A stretch of 32,000 nt of DNA. Origin: Gemmata obscuriglobus (GTDB lineage: Bacteria; Planctomycetota; Planctomycetia; Gemmatales; Gemmataceae). The notes below the pieces were generated by a model. The model had not been told where the DNA came from. It worked only from the letters and a program-made list of their open reading frames with translations, and did no database searches. The stretch is from the NCBI RefSeq assembly GCF_008065095.1, contig NZ_CP042911.1:5700001-5732000 (forward strand), given 5' to 3'. Position numbers and translations under genes: made by a program. Of this stretch, positions 17,968 to 26,629 are shown in pieces; position 1 is the stretch's first letter, and each line of letters opens with the position of its first letter.

Positions 17968-19110
17968 TCACGCAGCGCGAACCGCGGCCGGTGCCGTTTT
18001 CCCGATGAGGAACGCGGCAGCGCGGTCGCACGCGCCCGGAACCGCGGCCCGGGACCGTAGTGCGATCAGGCGATCGACAACTGCCTGACGCCGAGCGGGG
18101 TCATTGAGCCAGCCCACGATTTCGCCCGCCATTTCGGCCGAGCGGTCGTGCCAGGTGGGGTACTCAGGGTACAGCGGCTCGTTGAGCAGCAAGTTGACGA
18201 GGGACATGTACTTAACGTTGATGAGCTGTTTCAGCACCCATCCCTCGACCCGTCCGACGCAGTACATCACAACGGTCGGCTTCGCCCGGTACATCAACTC
18301 CAAGCTGACCGAACCAGATACGGAGAGGCACGCGTCGGCGAGTTCAATCACTTCTGGCGTGCGCCCGACGTGGATCTCGACCGGCAACCCAGTGGGCAGG
18401 AGCGCGCGGACCGCTTCGGCTTGGGTCGCGTTGAACGCCCCGATTAAGAACCGCACGTCCGGTCGGGCCACATGGATCTTCTGCGCGGTTGCGAGCATTG
18501 TGCGCGCGTTGGCGGCAATCTCGCTGTTGCGCGAACCCGGCAGCAGTGTCACCCGCACGCCCGGCTTCGCCCGCTCTTGCACCAAGAAATCGGGGTCGAG
18601 GCGCTGCCGCGCGAGTTCGTCGAAATACGGGTGGCCGATGTAGTGCGTCTGCACCCCGCGCTTCCGATACCATTCGTCCTCGAACGGCAGCGCCGTGAGT
18701 ACGCCCGTGAAGCACTTCCGCACGGTGCGGACGCGCCCGGATCGCCACGCCCAAATCTGCGGGGGAACGAAGAAGTATGTGGGTACGCCGAAGTCGCGGA
18801 TGCGTTTGGCGAGTTCGAGGTGGAAGCCCGGGTAGTCGATCATGACCACCGCATCGGGCCGCTGCGTGCGGATGTGATGAATCGCAAGGTTGCCGATGCG
18901 AAATAGTGCGGGCAGCGCCTGGACAACACCGCGCAGCCCCATCACGGCGAACTTGGGGAGCGGGAACAGAATGTCCGCGCCGGCGGCTCGCATCCCATCG
19001 CCGCCGAAGGCGGTGACGTGCGTGTCAGGAGAATGAGCGCGAAGAGCGCGAACGAGATTCGCGCCGTGCAGATCCCCGCTCGGCTCACCGGCGCTGACGA
19101 AAACCTTCAT
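17968..19110 (-). CDS. lpxB: Lipid-A-disaccharide synthase
   Basis: MKVFVSAGEPSGDLHGANLVRAL, VVMIDYPGFHLELAKR, YFVPPQIWAWRSGR, LLPGSRNSEI and SGSVSLELM are canonical LpxB. Confidence 0.9.
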   Translation of the reverse strand: MKVFVSAGEPSGDLHGANLVRALRAHSPDTHVTAFGGDGMRAAGADILFPLPKFAVMGLRGVVQALPALFRIGNLAIHHIRTQRPDAVVMIDYPGFHLELAKRIRDFGVPTYFFVPPQIWAWRSGRVRTVRKCFTGVLTALPFEDEWYRKRGVQTHYIGHPYFDELARQRLDPDFLVQERAKPGVRVTLLPGSRNSEIAANARTMLATAQKIHVARPDVRFLIGAFNATQAEAVRALLPTGLPVEIHVGRTPEVIELADACLSVSGSVSLELMYRAKPTVVMYCVGRVEGWVLKQLINVKYMSLVNLLLNEPLYPEYPTWHDRSAEMAGEIVGWLNDPARRQAVVDRLIALRSRAAVPGACDRAAAFLIGKTAPAAVRAA

Positions 19111-19156
19111 GATGCGGCATCCTTGCCAGCAAGCAGTTGACCCGAGGGGCGCGACC

Positions 19157-19576
19157 TCACCCCTTGGCGGGAGGCGGAGTCAGCGCGGAAGCGTCCACGC
19201 CTGCAACGCCATTCCCGGCCCCGCGACCAGGCAGTTCGGTCGTCTCGGCGACACGACGGTACCCGAGCGAGCGAAGAACTTCAAGCACTTCGCTCCACGT
19301 CGGGAACGGGCGCCGGTTCTCGCGCTTGTACCGGTCCATTGCCTTCATGAACTCGGTCTCGTCGTCGGAGTAGTCGCGCTCACAGGTGGTCGGGTCGATC
19401 AGCCTGCGCCGCTCACTACTCTTCCGCTTGGCAGCGGCGTTCTCCGCGCGACGACGGTCCGTCGCAACGGGAATGTTGCGCTTGCGGCGGTCGGCGGGAA
19501 AGGGCGTAGTTCCGGACTTGGAACCGTTTGTAGGTTCAACGGCCGCGGGTTGCGGGGCGTTTACTGGGTTCGACAT
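19157..19576 (-). CDS. Hypothetical protein with a basic, disordered N-terminal half and a compact C-terminal module
   Basis: I trimmed it to [16 protein letters not shown] basic stretch [29 protein letters not shown] is followed by [42 protein letters not shown]. No family name recalled. Confidence 0.55.
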   Translation of the reverse strand: MSNPVNAPQPAAVEPTNGSKSGTTPFPADRRKRNIPVATDRRRAENAAAKRKSSERRRLIDPTTCERDYSDDETEFMKAMDRYKRENRRPFPTWSEVLEVLRSLGYRRVAETTELPGRGAGNGVAGVDASALTPPPAKG

Positions 19577-19949
19577 CTGCGGTGCCTCACAGCCAATAGT
19601 GGGGGGCGGCTGGAGCCAAGCATCCGCGGCCGTCCTGGCCAATCGCGTTTATCGCGATCCTCGGGGATGAACGGGTGTTTCTAAACCTACCCGACGGATG
19701 GGATGTGTCAACCGGAATTCACATACCAACCAAAATCGGGCAACATTTACTGCGGCAGCTTTTGAGGATTAGCACGCGGCGCGAAACGAGGCGATTTATG
19801 CGCCCGCCTTGACTCCAGTAGCCGATCGCAATTCGTAACAAGTTCCGTGCCGAATACCCGCCTGTTCTGCAGAAAGTGGCTGCAATGTTCCACGCAATCG
19901 CGTGATGAATTTTCGGAAGTGACGGATTGTGTGGAACTACGCGACTGTA

Positions 19950-19983
19950 GGGGTTCGGCTTATTAACATGGATGCCGATCCCC
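19950..19983 (-). terminator. Hairpin about 50 nt downstream of the OMP gene stop
   Basis: GGGGTTCGGC (19950-19959) pairs with GCCGATCCCC (19974-19983) at 9 of 10 positions, with a 14-nt AT-rich loop. There is no U-tract. Confidence 0.3.
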
Positions 19984-20035
19984 ATAACCAGTCGCGTGGC
20001 GTTCTCGACGAGGTAAATTGGCCTCGGTTCCCCGA

Positions 20036-21457
20036 TCAGAAGTTGTAGTTGAAGAACGTCATCGCTTCAAACGCCCATGGGCGCGGGCCAGCCACCGGGA
20101 TGCACATGGACGCGCTGAGCGTCGCCCGGTTGAAGCGGAAGTGCAGCCCGCTGGTAATGTTCACCTGGTCCTGGAGGTACACCAGGCCGGCCGGGTTGCG
20201 GCCCGACAGCGGCGTTCGGACGTGGAACTCGACCATCGGCGCGATGCTCGTCAGCCACGCGTCCGGCGCGCGGTAGAGGTAGTACCCCATACCGACGCTG
20301 TTGTTGAAAAGCGTCGGGTCGCGTCCGTCCGTCGGCACAACGAGGCTCGTGATCCCCTGGAAGAACGCGCGGTCCATCACCCGCACGAACCCGAGCCAGG
20401 GTTGGAACAGCACCGAGTGCGGGGCCTGCGATCCGTCTGCCAGGATCACGTCGCCGCTCCCGGTCGGAACCGTCAGCGCCAGCCCGGCCGACACCACGTT
20501 CCCGGTCTGCGCGTCGTTCACGAACGCGTACTTGAAGAGGAGCGTCAGGTCCCCAATGGTGTGTGAACTGCCTAACTCAGACGGGCCGTACTGCTGCTGG
20601 AACGGGAGCCGCATACCGAACGAAGCGTCCCCTCCCAGGAACACCTTTTCGAACCCCACGAGTTGGCGCTGCAGGTCGACCTGCCCCAGCCCGGGGTTCA
20701 GCTTTCCGCCGATGTCGTCGTAGAAGTTGAACCCGCCGTAGAACCGGTCCTGCGGACGCGGGTTGTCATTGTCCGTGATCAGGACGCCGCTGTAGCGTGA
20801 GGCCAGCGTCAGCCGCACGAGGCGTGTCTGCGCCACACGATCACTGACGATCACCGGGTCGTTCACGATCACCGGGGTGAGTGTCGTGGTGTTCGTGATG
20901 GTGGTCGTTGTCGTGCGCCCGCCCTGGGGGTCGGTTGTGGTTCCCGTGGTGGTGGTGCTTGTTGTCGTCGGCGTGAACCCGGTGACCCGCTGGGTGAACC
21001 CAACGACCCGGGGAACGGTGGTGAACCCGGTAGTGATACGGCGCGAGTAGTACACACCGCCGAAGTCGCCGTCGAAGTTCTCGTTAAACGTGCGCGGCGC
21101 GAGCCCCCCCGCCTCGGTCGCCTGCGCGAACGGGTCCACGAGCCGCCGTTCCAGCGGGTTCGGCGGCGACGGGTACGGCATCACCGGAGGGCGGTCTGGT
21201 GGCAGGCTCGGCATCCCCCCGGGCGGTGCGACCGGCGGGTCCATCTGCGGCACCGGCTCGGACGGTGCGGTCGGGATACTCGGGGCCCCGGGCGTCAGCG
21301 GCCCGACGCCCAGAGGCGGGCACGGCACCGTCGCCGGGCGCGAGTGTTTGAACGGACCGCCGGCCGCGATCACCGAAGGGACGACGCGCTCCTGGGCGAG
21401 CGACGATGCGGTCGCAACCCCGATCCCGGCAAGAGCGGAGAGAAGCACCCGGCGCAT
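20036..21457 (-). CDS. Outer-membrane beta-barrel protein (porin/transporter-like) with Pro-rich and poly-Thr N-terminal linkers
   Basis: I trimmed it to MRRVLLSALAGIGVATASSLAQE (signal peptide). A Pro-rich segment is followed by TPTTTSTTTTGTTTDPQGGRTTTTTITNTTT. The C-terminal half has alternating amphipathic strands and ends in the beta-barrel signature ...AMTFFNYNF (terminal Phe). Confidence 0.75.
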   Translation of the reverse strand: MRRVLLSALAGIGVATASSLAQERVVPSVIAAGGPFKHSRPATVPCPPLGVGPLTPGAPSIPTAPSEPVPQMDPPVAPPGGMPSLPPDRPPVMPYPSPPNPLERRLVDPFAQATEAGGLAPRTFNENFDGDFGGVYYSRRITTGFTTVPRVVGFTQRVTGFTPTTTSTTTTGTTTDPQGGRTTTTTITNTTTLTPVIVNDPVIVSDRVAQTRLVRLTLASRYSGVLITDNDNPRPQDRFYGGFNFYDDIGGKLNPGLGQVDLQRQLVGFEKVFLGGDASFGMRLPFQQQYGPSELGSSHTIGDLTLLFKYAFVNDAQTGNVVSAGLALTVPTGSGDVILADGSQAPHSVLFQPWLGFVRVMDRAFFQGITSLVVPTDGRDPTLFNNSVGMGYYLYRAPDAWLTSIAPMVEFHVRTPLSGRNPAGLVYLQDQVNITSGLHFRFNRATLSASMCIPVAGPRPWAFEAMTFFNYNF

Positions 21458-21580
21458 GGGAACGCTCCGTGACCGAGGGACGATGGAACCCCGAGAACGC
21501 GACGCGCCTGCTTTATCGGCACGACACATATTCCCGGTTCAATCGTTCCTTCTCGCGTCTGCGAATACGCCGGTCCCTTC

Positions 21581-23101
21581 CTATTCCCGCGCGACGTGGA
21601 TCGGGACCACCTTTCGAACGACCTTGTTCGGCTCGAACGGGAACCGCTCGGTCGGCTCCATACTGAAACGCCAGACGTAGCGAGACCCGTGCTTACTGCG
21701 TACGATCGTCGGAGCAGGGAGTTCCGTTTCCGAAACGAAAAGAACGAAGTGTTCAACCGCCGTCTTACCGCCACCGTTGATCCCCCCAATGACGAAGGAC
21801 TTTCCATTGGGTGGCAACAGCCTCTGCGCCTGTCCGGGTTTAAGGACATTCCCGCCCAGCACCTCCTGAACGCGCACTTCGCCGTCGGCCTGTACCATGA
21901 GCAGCGTGAAATACACCTTCTGCTCGCACCGCACCTCCAGCGTAAACGGCTCGTCGACCTTGACCTGCGTGACCGGCTTCGCGCCGACGATGAGATCGAC
22001 CTTGAGCTTGAGCGGCGATTCTCGGGGCACCACGTCACCCGCGTACCAAGCCGACAGAGGCGGGATCGGCATGCGCCCCGGGCCCGCACTCGGAACAGAA
22101 ACCGGCTTCAACCCGGCAAACGGCCGTGCCACTGGCCCGTCCGGTGCCATGTCAGTGGGTTCTAAGCGCTGCAACGCGCTCAACGCAAACAGATCTGCGG
22201 CGAGCGGCGAGCGCGGCCCCCACCCGAACACGGCTTTCGGCGCCCAAGCCGGCGCCAGCAGCGACGACGAGAGCCAGTCGCCCCGCAGGTACGGGACCGG
22301 GACCACCGCCCCCCGAAGGCCTGGGAGTTCCTTTAACCGCGCCGCCGGCAGTTCGTCCGGCCGAAGCGCGGTGGCGTGTGGGTTCTCTCGTTCGATCAAC
22401 ACGTCGAGATGGGTCGGGGCGGCGTTCCGGGTCGGCCTGCGCCCTTCCATCAACTCGAACACGTAACCGCCCCGCCATTGCTGTTCGACGAGATCGAACC
22501 GGAACACGGTGCCCGCCTCGTCAACCGGTTCGAGCGCGGCGCCGGTTCGTGCAGACGAACTGAGCGCCAGCGCGATACGGAGATCGCGCTCCGCCGCGCC
22601 GAGGTCCGGGTGGGGCTCTCCGTCCCGCACGAGGTGCGCGAACGAGACGTACTGCTTCGTCTTCGACAGGTCGGGGTTGTTTTTGAACTGGTCGGCGATG
22701 GTGCCGAGGACGTAATCCTCGTCGAACGCGAGCGGGTACCCCGGCGCGCTCGCGTCGATCCATTTCTTGAGGACCGCAACCTCAGCCGGGGTGGGCGCCG
22801 CCCGGTTGCCGGGCGGCATCGAGCCGTCCGCGAGTAACTCGAGGAGGAGCGAGCGTTCCCCCGCAGCAGCGAGCGGGATCGGCTTCTTCTTCTCGCCGAC
22901 CACCTGCGCGTGGTCGAGCAGATTCGTGCGGCTCTTCCCGGGGGCTGCGCTGCCGGTGTGGCACTCGGCGCAATGCCGCTTGAGGATGTCCCGCGCTTTG
23001 ATCGCGAGATCGCCGCGCCCCCGGTGGTCAAGCGGTTCGGCCCCGCGCGCGCCCGCGGAAGCGAGAAGCACTAACGCGACGGCACCAGCAATCGAGCGCA
23101 T
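21581..23101 (-). CDS. Secreted haem-c (CxxCH, PSCyt1-like) protein with a C-terminal DUF4384-like domain
   Basis: Signal peptide MRSIAGAVALVLLASAGARGAEP. ILKRHCAECHTG (Cys codons at 22970-22972 and 22961-22963, His at 22958-22960) followed by GSMPPGN...LKKWIDASAP resembles the planctomycete cytochrome c domain. The C-terminal VKVDEPFTLEVRCEQKVYFTLLMVQADGEVRVQ...HFVLFVSETELP (about 21716-22015) resembles DUF4384. Confidence 0.75.
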   Translation of the reverse strand: MRSIAGAVALVLLASAGARGAEPLDHRGRGDLAIKARDILKRHCAECHTGSAAPGKSRTNLLDHAQVVGEKKKPIPLAAAGERSLLLELLADGSMPPGNRAAPTPAEVAVLKKWIDASAPGYPLAFDEDYVLGTIADQFKNNPDLSKTKQYVSFAHLVRDGEPHPDLGAAERDLRIALALSSSARTGAALEPVDEAGTVFRFDLVEQQWRGGYVFELMEGRRPTRNAAPTHLDVLIERENPHATALRPDELPAARLKELPGLRGAVVPVPYLRGDWLSSSLLAPAWAPKAVFGWGPRSPLAADLFALSALQRLEPTDMAPDGPVARPFAGLKPVSVPSAGPGRMPIPPLSAWYAGDVVPRESPLKLKVDLIVGAKPVTQVKVDEPFTLEVRCEQKVYFTLLMVQADGEVRVQEVLGGNVLKPGQAQRLLPPNGKSFVIGGINGGGKTAVEHFVLFVSETELPAPTIVRSKHGSRYVWRFSMEPTERFPFEPNKVVRKVVPIHVARE

Positions 23102-23119
23102 CGGATCACCTCGCCAGGT

Positions 23120-26100
23120 TCAGCGCTTGATGAGCGGGTCTTTCGGCAGGTCGCGCGGGAACGACGCGGGCGTTTGCGGCCCGCTCAGTCCCGCGCCCCG
23201 GAGCAGCGCGGGGAGTTCCGCGGAGACGTAATCGAACAGTTCGTCGGCCGACACGACCCCGTTGTTGTCGAAGTCCGCTTTGCGGTAGTCCCTGTCCTTG
23301 TCGAGCGCGTTGAGTACAGCCCGCGTGAACAGCCCGTGCTGGTACTTCGCGTGTTCGTAGGACCGCTGACCCTCGTCGCACGCGGCGATAATGAGCGGCC
23401 CCTGCCCGTTGGGCACGCACCGGCGGAGCATGTTTGTGGTCGCGAGTCGGCCCGAGTGGCAGGCGTCAAGAAGCACCACCTTCCGACAGTTAACCTTGGC
23501 CAGCGCCGCGAACAACTCGTCCGCCGCGACCGCCGTTTCTGTCGGTTTCGCGGGCGAGTAGTTCGGCGTGCACAACACGAACGCGCCCTTGTCGCCCGGC
23601 AACCCCGGTCCCACTGTGGGAACCGGCCCGTCGTTCGGCATAAGTACGTCACCGTGGCCCGCGAAGAACACCACCAGCGTGTCGTCCGGCTGAACCTGAT
23701 CGGCGACCGCGCGCAGGGCGTCGAGGAGTTTGCCCCGTTTGGGGTCCAGGTGCGTGTCGGCGCTGGCCGTTTCGTAAAGGAGGTTACCGCCGGCGCATTG
23801 CTTCAGCAGCTTGCCGAGTTCGGTCGCGTCGTTGCGGGCGTGAAGAAGGTCGCCGAAGTTCCGCGCGCCCGCGTTCATCTGGCGGGTGCCGGAGTAGTCG
23901 TTCACACCGACGAGCACCGCGAACAGTCGCGCCGCCGGCGAAGACCGGGGGTTGGGCACCCACTGCACCTCTTCGACCCGGCCGCCTGCCGAGTTGACCG
24001 CAACCACCGTCAAACGATTCGGGCCGGCACGGAACCGGTTCGCCGGAATCGGGTATCGCTCCTCGAATGGCTTCCGCGGGTCCAGTTGCCGCCCCGCACG
24101 GGGCCATTCTTCGATGAGGAAGTCGTTGAGCCACAGCTCGACGCGCTCGGGCAATAGGTCGGGGTTGGTGCCGCGCGCCCGGACGGTGATCGTGACGGGC
24201 AGCCCGGCGTTCGTGACCTCGTGGTGCCCCAGGCCCAATCGCACCGGCGCGGGCTCGGACTTGTTGAACAGGTCGCGGGTCGGGTGCTCATTGCGGGCGG
24301 TTAGGAGCGCCGCCGCCACACCGGCGTCCACCAGGGTCTCCATCACGTCGGGCCGATGGAACAGCCGTTCAAACTGCTGGAGTTGGTAGAACTCCGGGCG
24401 CCCGCCCGGGTCCGGGGCGTTGACGTGCCACCCTACGAGCCGGTCCCCGTTGACCGTTTTGGTGTGGTAGTACGACCCGTGCCACATCCATACGACCCAG
24501 TCGTTCATGCGGCCGGCGCTGTCGAACGCCGGAAACCACTTCCAGGTCGGGCGCTGCCGGACGGTGGTGAGCGTCTCGCGGCGCGGCGTCTTCTCTCCGG
24601 CCGCAATTCCGAAATACAGCTCGATTCTGGGTTTCGGGGCCTTGAGCGCCGCGAGGGCGTCTTGCGGGGTGCCGACCGCCTTCAGCTTCACCGTCCGGTC
24701 GAACACTGTGACCCGGTCCACGGCCAGGAGGTCGAGCACGTCACCCTTCCGCAGGCCGGCCTCCCACGCGGGCGAGCCGGTTTCGAGGGTCACAACCCGC
24801 ACCGCCCCGTTGTGCTCCTCGAACGTCGCGCCGAGGTTCGGCGCGTCCTTCCAATCTTCCAGGGACCACGCCGCGACCGTCTGGTCGGTCCCCCCGGTGA
24901 CGAACCAGGTCTGACTCCTCGCCGCCACGACCGATGTCACCTCGCCCGCGTGGCCGGTGTACACCTTCGTTCCGACGAACCCGCCACGGACCGCGCGCTC
25001 GGGAACCAGTTCGAACAGCGTGCAGCCGTAATAGTGCCCCACGATCACGCGGGTGGGCCGCTTCTCGGACGCGGGGAGGAACGTGTAGCAAGTCGGGGCC
25101 AGATCGCGGAACCGGTCGAGTTCGAGTCGGAACCTCTGCCTCTCGCCCATCTGGGTGCGTTCGACGAACCACTCGTACCGGTTATCCGAGTTCGGCACCA
25201 CTTCCCACCCGTCGGCACTCCGGACCGGTCCGACCCACTTTTGGCCCTCGTCGGAACTCTCCTTCAGGCGCGACAGATCGAACCGGCTCCACGGGCCGCT
25301 GCCCCGCTTATTGGGGTCGAGCGAGCGGGCGTCCCGCGCGGTTTGAATGCCGACCATCTTTCCGTTTTCGGACAGATTAACCGCCCACGGGCGCCGCCCG
25401 CCGCCGCGCACCACCTGCGGCTTCTCGTCGGGTTTGTCGAGTTTTCGCACCGTGATCTCATCGGCATCGCCACCTGCAATCGCGAGGCGCGCGTCTGTCG
25501 GGTGAAAAGCGAGCGCCTCGGCCCGCCCGGTGTGGGTGATGACGTCCGGTTCCGCACCGGGCTTCGCGAGCGGGTCGGCGTAGATCCGAACCTCGTCGTT
25601 CCCCTCGGCGAAGAAGCGCGGCCCCTCCCCCTCCGGCGCGAGGGCGCGACCGACCCCCACCGCCAGCGCGCGCGTCTTCGGGTGCCAGGCGAGGCTGCGC
25701 GGGAACCGGTCCTTGCCGAGTTCGAGGCGCACCGTCTGTTTGCCGTCGGCGCGGCACAGCAGCACCTTGGAGTCCGCACTGGCGACCGCGATCCACCGCC
25801 CGCCGTCGATCCGCTCGACGCGATACACCCGCGCGTCCACGGGTTCGGCGGCGTTCACGTTGAACAGTTCTTTCCCCGGCGGCGGCCGTTCCGGGGTATC
25901 GGCAGCGGTGTCGTCGAACGCGCAGGCATACACCTGACCGCTTTGAGCGACTGAAACCAGGGTGCCGTTCTCGGAGAACCAGATCAGCCGCGGCCGGTTG
26001 AACGGCTCCGACCCGACCGTTCGTTTCGGTAAGTCGTGCTTGCCGACGCGAACCGGCGGCGCCGCGGTGCGCCCGTCCTGGTCCGGCTCGGGAAGCGGCT

Positions 26101-26629
26101 TCGGGTTCCAGAGCCAGAGGCTGCCGTCCGCGGTGCCGAACCCGACCCGACCGTCCGCGTGAAACGCGACCGCCGTGACGATGTTAAAGTTCGCGTCCCC
26201 TTTGCGCACGAGCGGCCACGTGAGTGCGACCGTTTCGCCGGTCGCCCGGTCGAGCACCGCGACCGTGCTGGGTTTCATTCCGTACCCGCCCACCACGACG
26301 TTCTTGCCGTCGGAGGAAATGTCGAGGGCCTGGATGCCGCCGCGCTGCTCGCGCCACGCCCGCCAGCGCAAGACCTGCGCCTTCGCGCGCTCCGTTTCCA
26401 GGCCGCTGCTGGTGTACGGCCAGACCCGCACCACCTTGTCGTCACCCGCGGCGAACAGTAACCGCCCGTCGCCCGAGAACCGCAGAACGTCACAGGCGCC
26501 GAACCGCCCGCCCGCCTCGACCACGATCTCGGGCTCTTCGCGGGACCGGCGGTCGAACTGCTGCCCGCCCGCATCGGGCGCCGTCAGGACGAGAGCGAAA
26601 CCGACCAGTGTGGTAAGAAGGTTGGCCAT
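23120..26629 (-). CDS. Giant multidomain caspase-family (peptidase C14) protein: N-terminal hydrophobic anchor or signal, WD40/beta-propeller region, PDZ, caspase His-Cys domain, C-terminal EF-hand loop
   Basis: The start is probably MANLLTTLVGFALVLTA (26629); the ORF is open to 26710. WD40-like strands: RFSGDGRLLFAAGDDKVVRVWPY, VTGGTDQTVAAWSLEDW. PDZ: GAVRVVTLETGSPAWEAGLRKGDVL (about 24566-24832). Caspase: RLFAVLVGVNDY, VVFFAGHGD (His codon 23654-23656), VVLLDACHSG (Cys codon 23459-23461). Canonical EF-hand loop DFDNNGVVSADE (23240-23275). Confidence 0.85.
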   Translation of the reverse strand: MANLLTTLVGFALVLTAPDAGGQQFDRRSREEPEIVVEAGGRFGACDVLRFSGDGRLLFAAGDDKVVRVWPYTSSGLETERAKAQVLRWRAWREQRGGIQALDISSDGKNVVVGGYGMKPSTVAVLDRATGETVALTWPLVRKGDANFNIVTAVAFHADGRVGFGTADGSLWLWNPKPLPEPDQDGRTAAPPVRVGKHDLPKRTVGSEPFNRPRLIWFSENGTLVSVAQSGQVYACAFDDTAADTPERPPPGKELFNVNAAEPVDARVYRVERIDGGRWIAVASADSKVLLCRADGKQTVRLELGKDRFPRSLAWHPKTRALAVGVGRALAPEGEGPRFFAEGNDEVRIYADPLAKPGAEPDVITHTGRAEALAFHPTDARLAIAGGDADEITVRKLDKPDEKPQVVRGGGRRPWAVNLSENGKMVGIQTARDARSLDPNKRGSGPWSRFDLSRLKESSDEGQKWVGPVRSADGWEVVPNSDNRYEWFVERTQMGERQRFRLELDRFRDLAPTCYTFLPASEKRPTRVIVGHYYGCTLFELVPERAVRGGFVGTKVYTGHAGEVTSVVAARSQTWFVTGGTDQTVAAWSLEDWKDAPNLGATFEEHNGAVRVVTLETGSPAWEAGLRKGDVLDLLAVDRVTVFDRTVKLKAVGTPQDALAALKAPKPRIELYFGIAAGEKTPRRETLTTVRQRPTWKWFPAFDSAGRMNDWVVWMWHGSYYHTKTVNGDRLVGWHVNAPDPGGRPEFYQLQQFERLFHRPDVMETLVDAGVAAALLTARNEHPTRDLFNKSEPAPVRLGLGHHEVTNAGLPVTITVRARGTNPDLLPERVELWLNDFLIEEWPRAGRQLDPRKPFEERYPIPANRFRAGPNRLTVVAVNSAGGRVEEVQWVPNPRSSPAARLFAVLVGVNDYSGTRQMNAGARNFGDLLHARNDATELGKLLKQCAGGNLLYETASADTHLDPKRGKLLDALRAVADQVQPDDTLVVFFAGHGDVLMPNDGPVPTVGPGLPGDKGAFVLCTPNYSPAKPTETAVAADELFAALAKVNCRKVVLLDACHSGRLATTNMLRRCVPNGQGPLIIAACDEGQRSYEHAKYQHGLFTRAVLNALDKDRDYRKADFDNNGVVSADELFDYVSAELPALLRGAGLSGPQTPASFPRDLPKDPLIKR

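Noticed and set aside
19719-19985. 88-aa ORF in the low-GC spacer
   Set aside because: Its GC content and codon usage are atypical for this genome. It has no RBS or motif and an odd Cys/His/Arg composition. I treated the region as non-coding.
21370-22089. 239-aa minus-strand ORF and the 189-193-aa ORFs around 21596-23031
   Set aside because: These are alternative frames of the CxxCH/DUF4384 gene and are Ser/Arg-rich nonsense.
23174-25954. 327-aa and 532-aa plus-strand ORFs (23174-24157, 24356-25954) and several 100-190-aa ORFs in both strands
   Set aside because: All of them overlap the 1169-aa caspase-family gene in other frames. None has recognisable motifs, and all have Arg/Pro/Gly-biased composition.
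21581-26629. Bacterial gasdermin-type defence locus (a caspase-like protease next to a pore-forming substrate)
   Set aside because: No gasdermin-like gene (about 250-300 aa, cytoplasmic, no signal peptide) is adjacent. The neighbour is a Sec-signal haem-c protein of 506 aa. The idea is kept only as a loose analogy.
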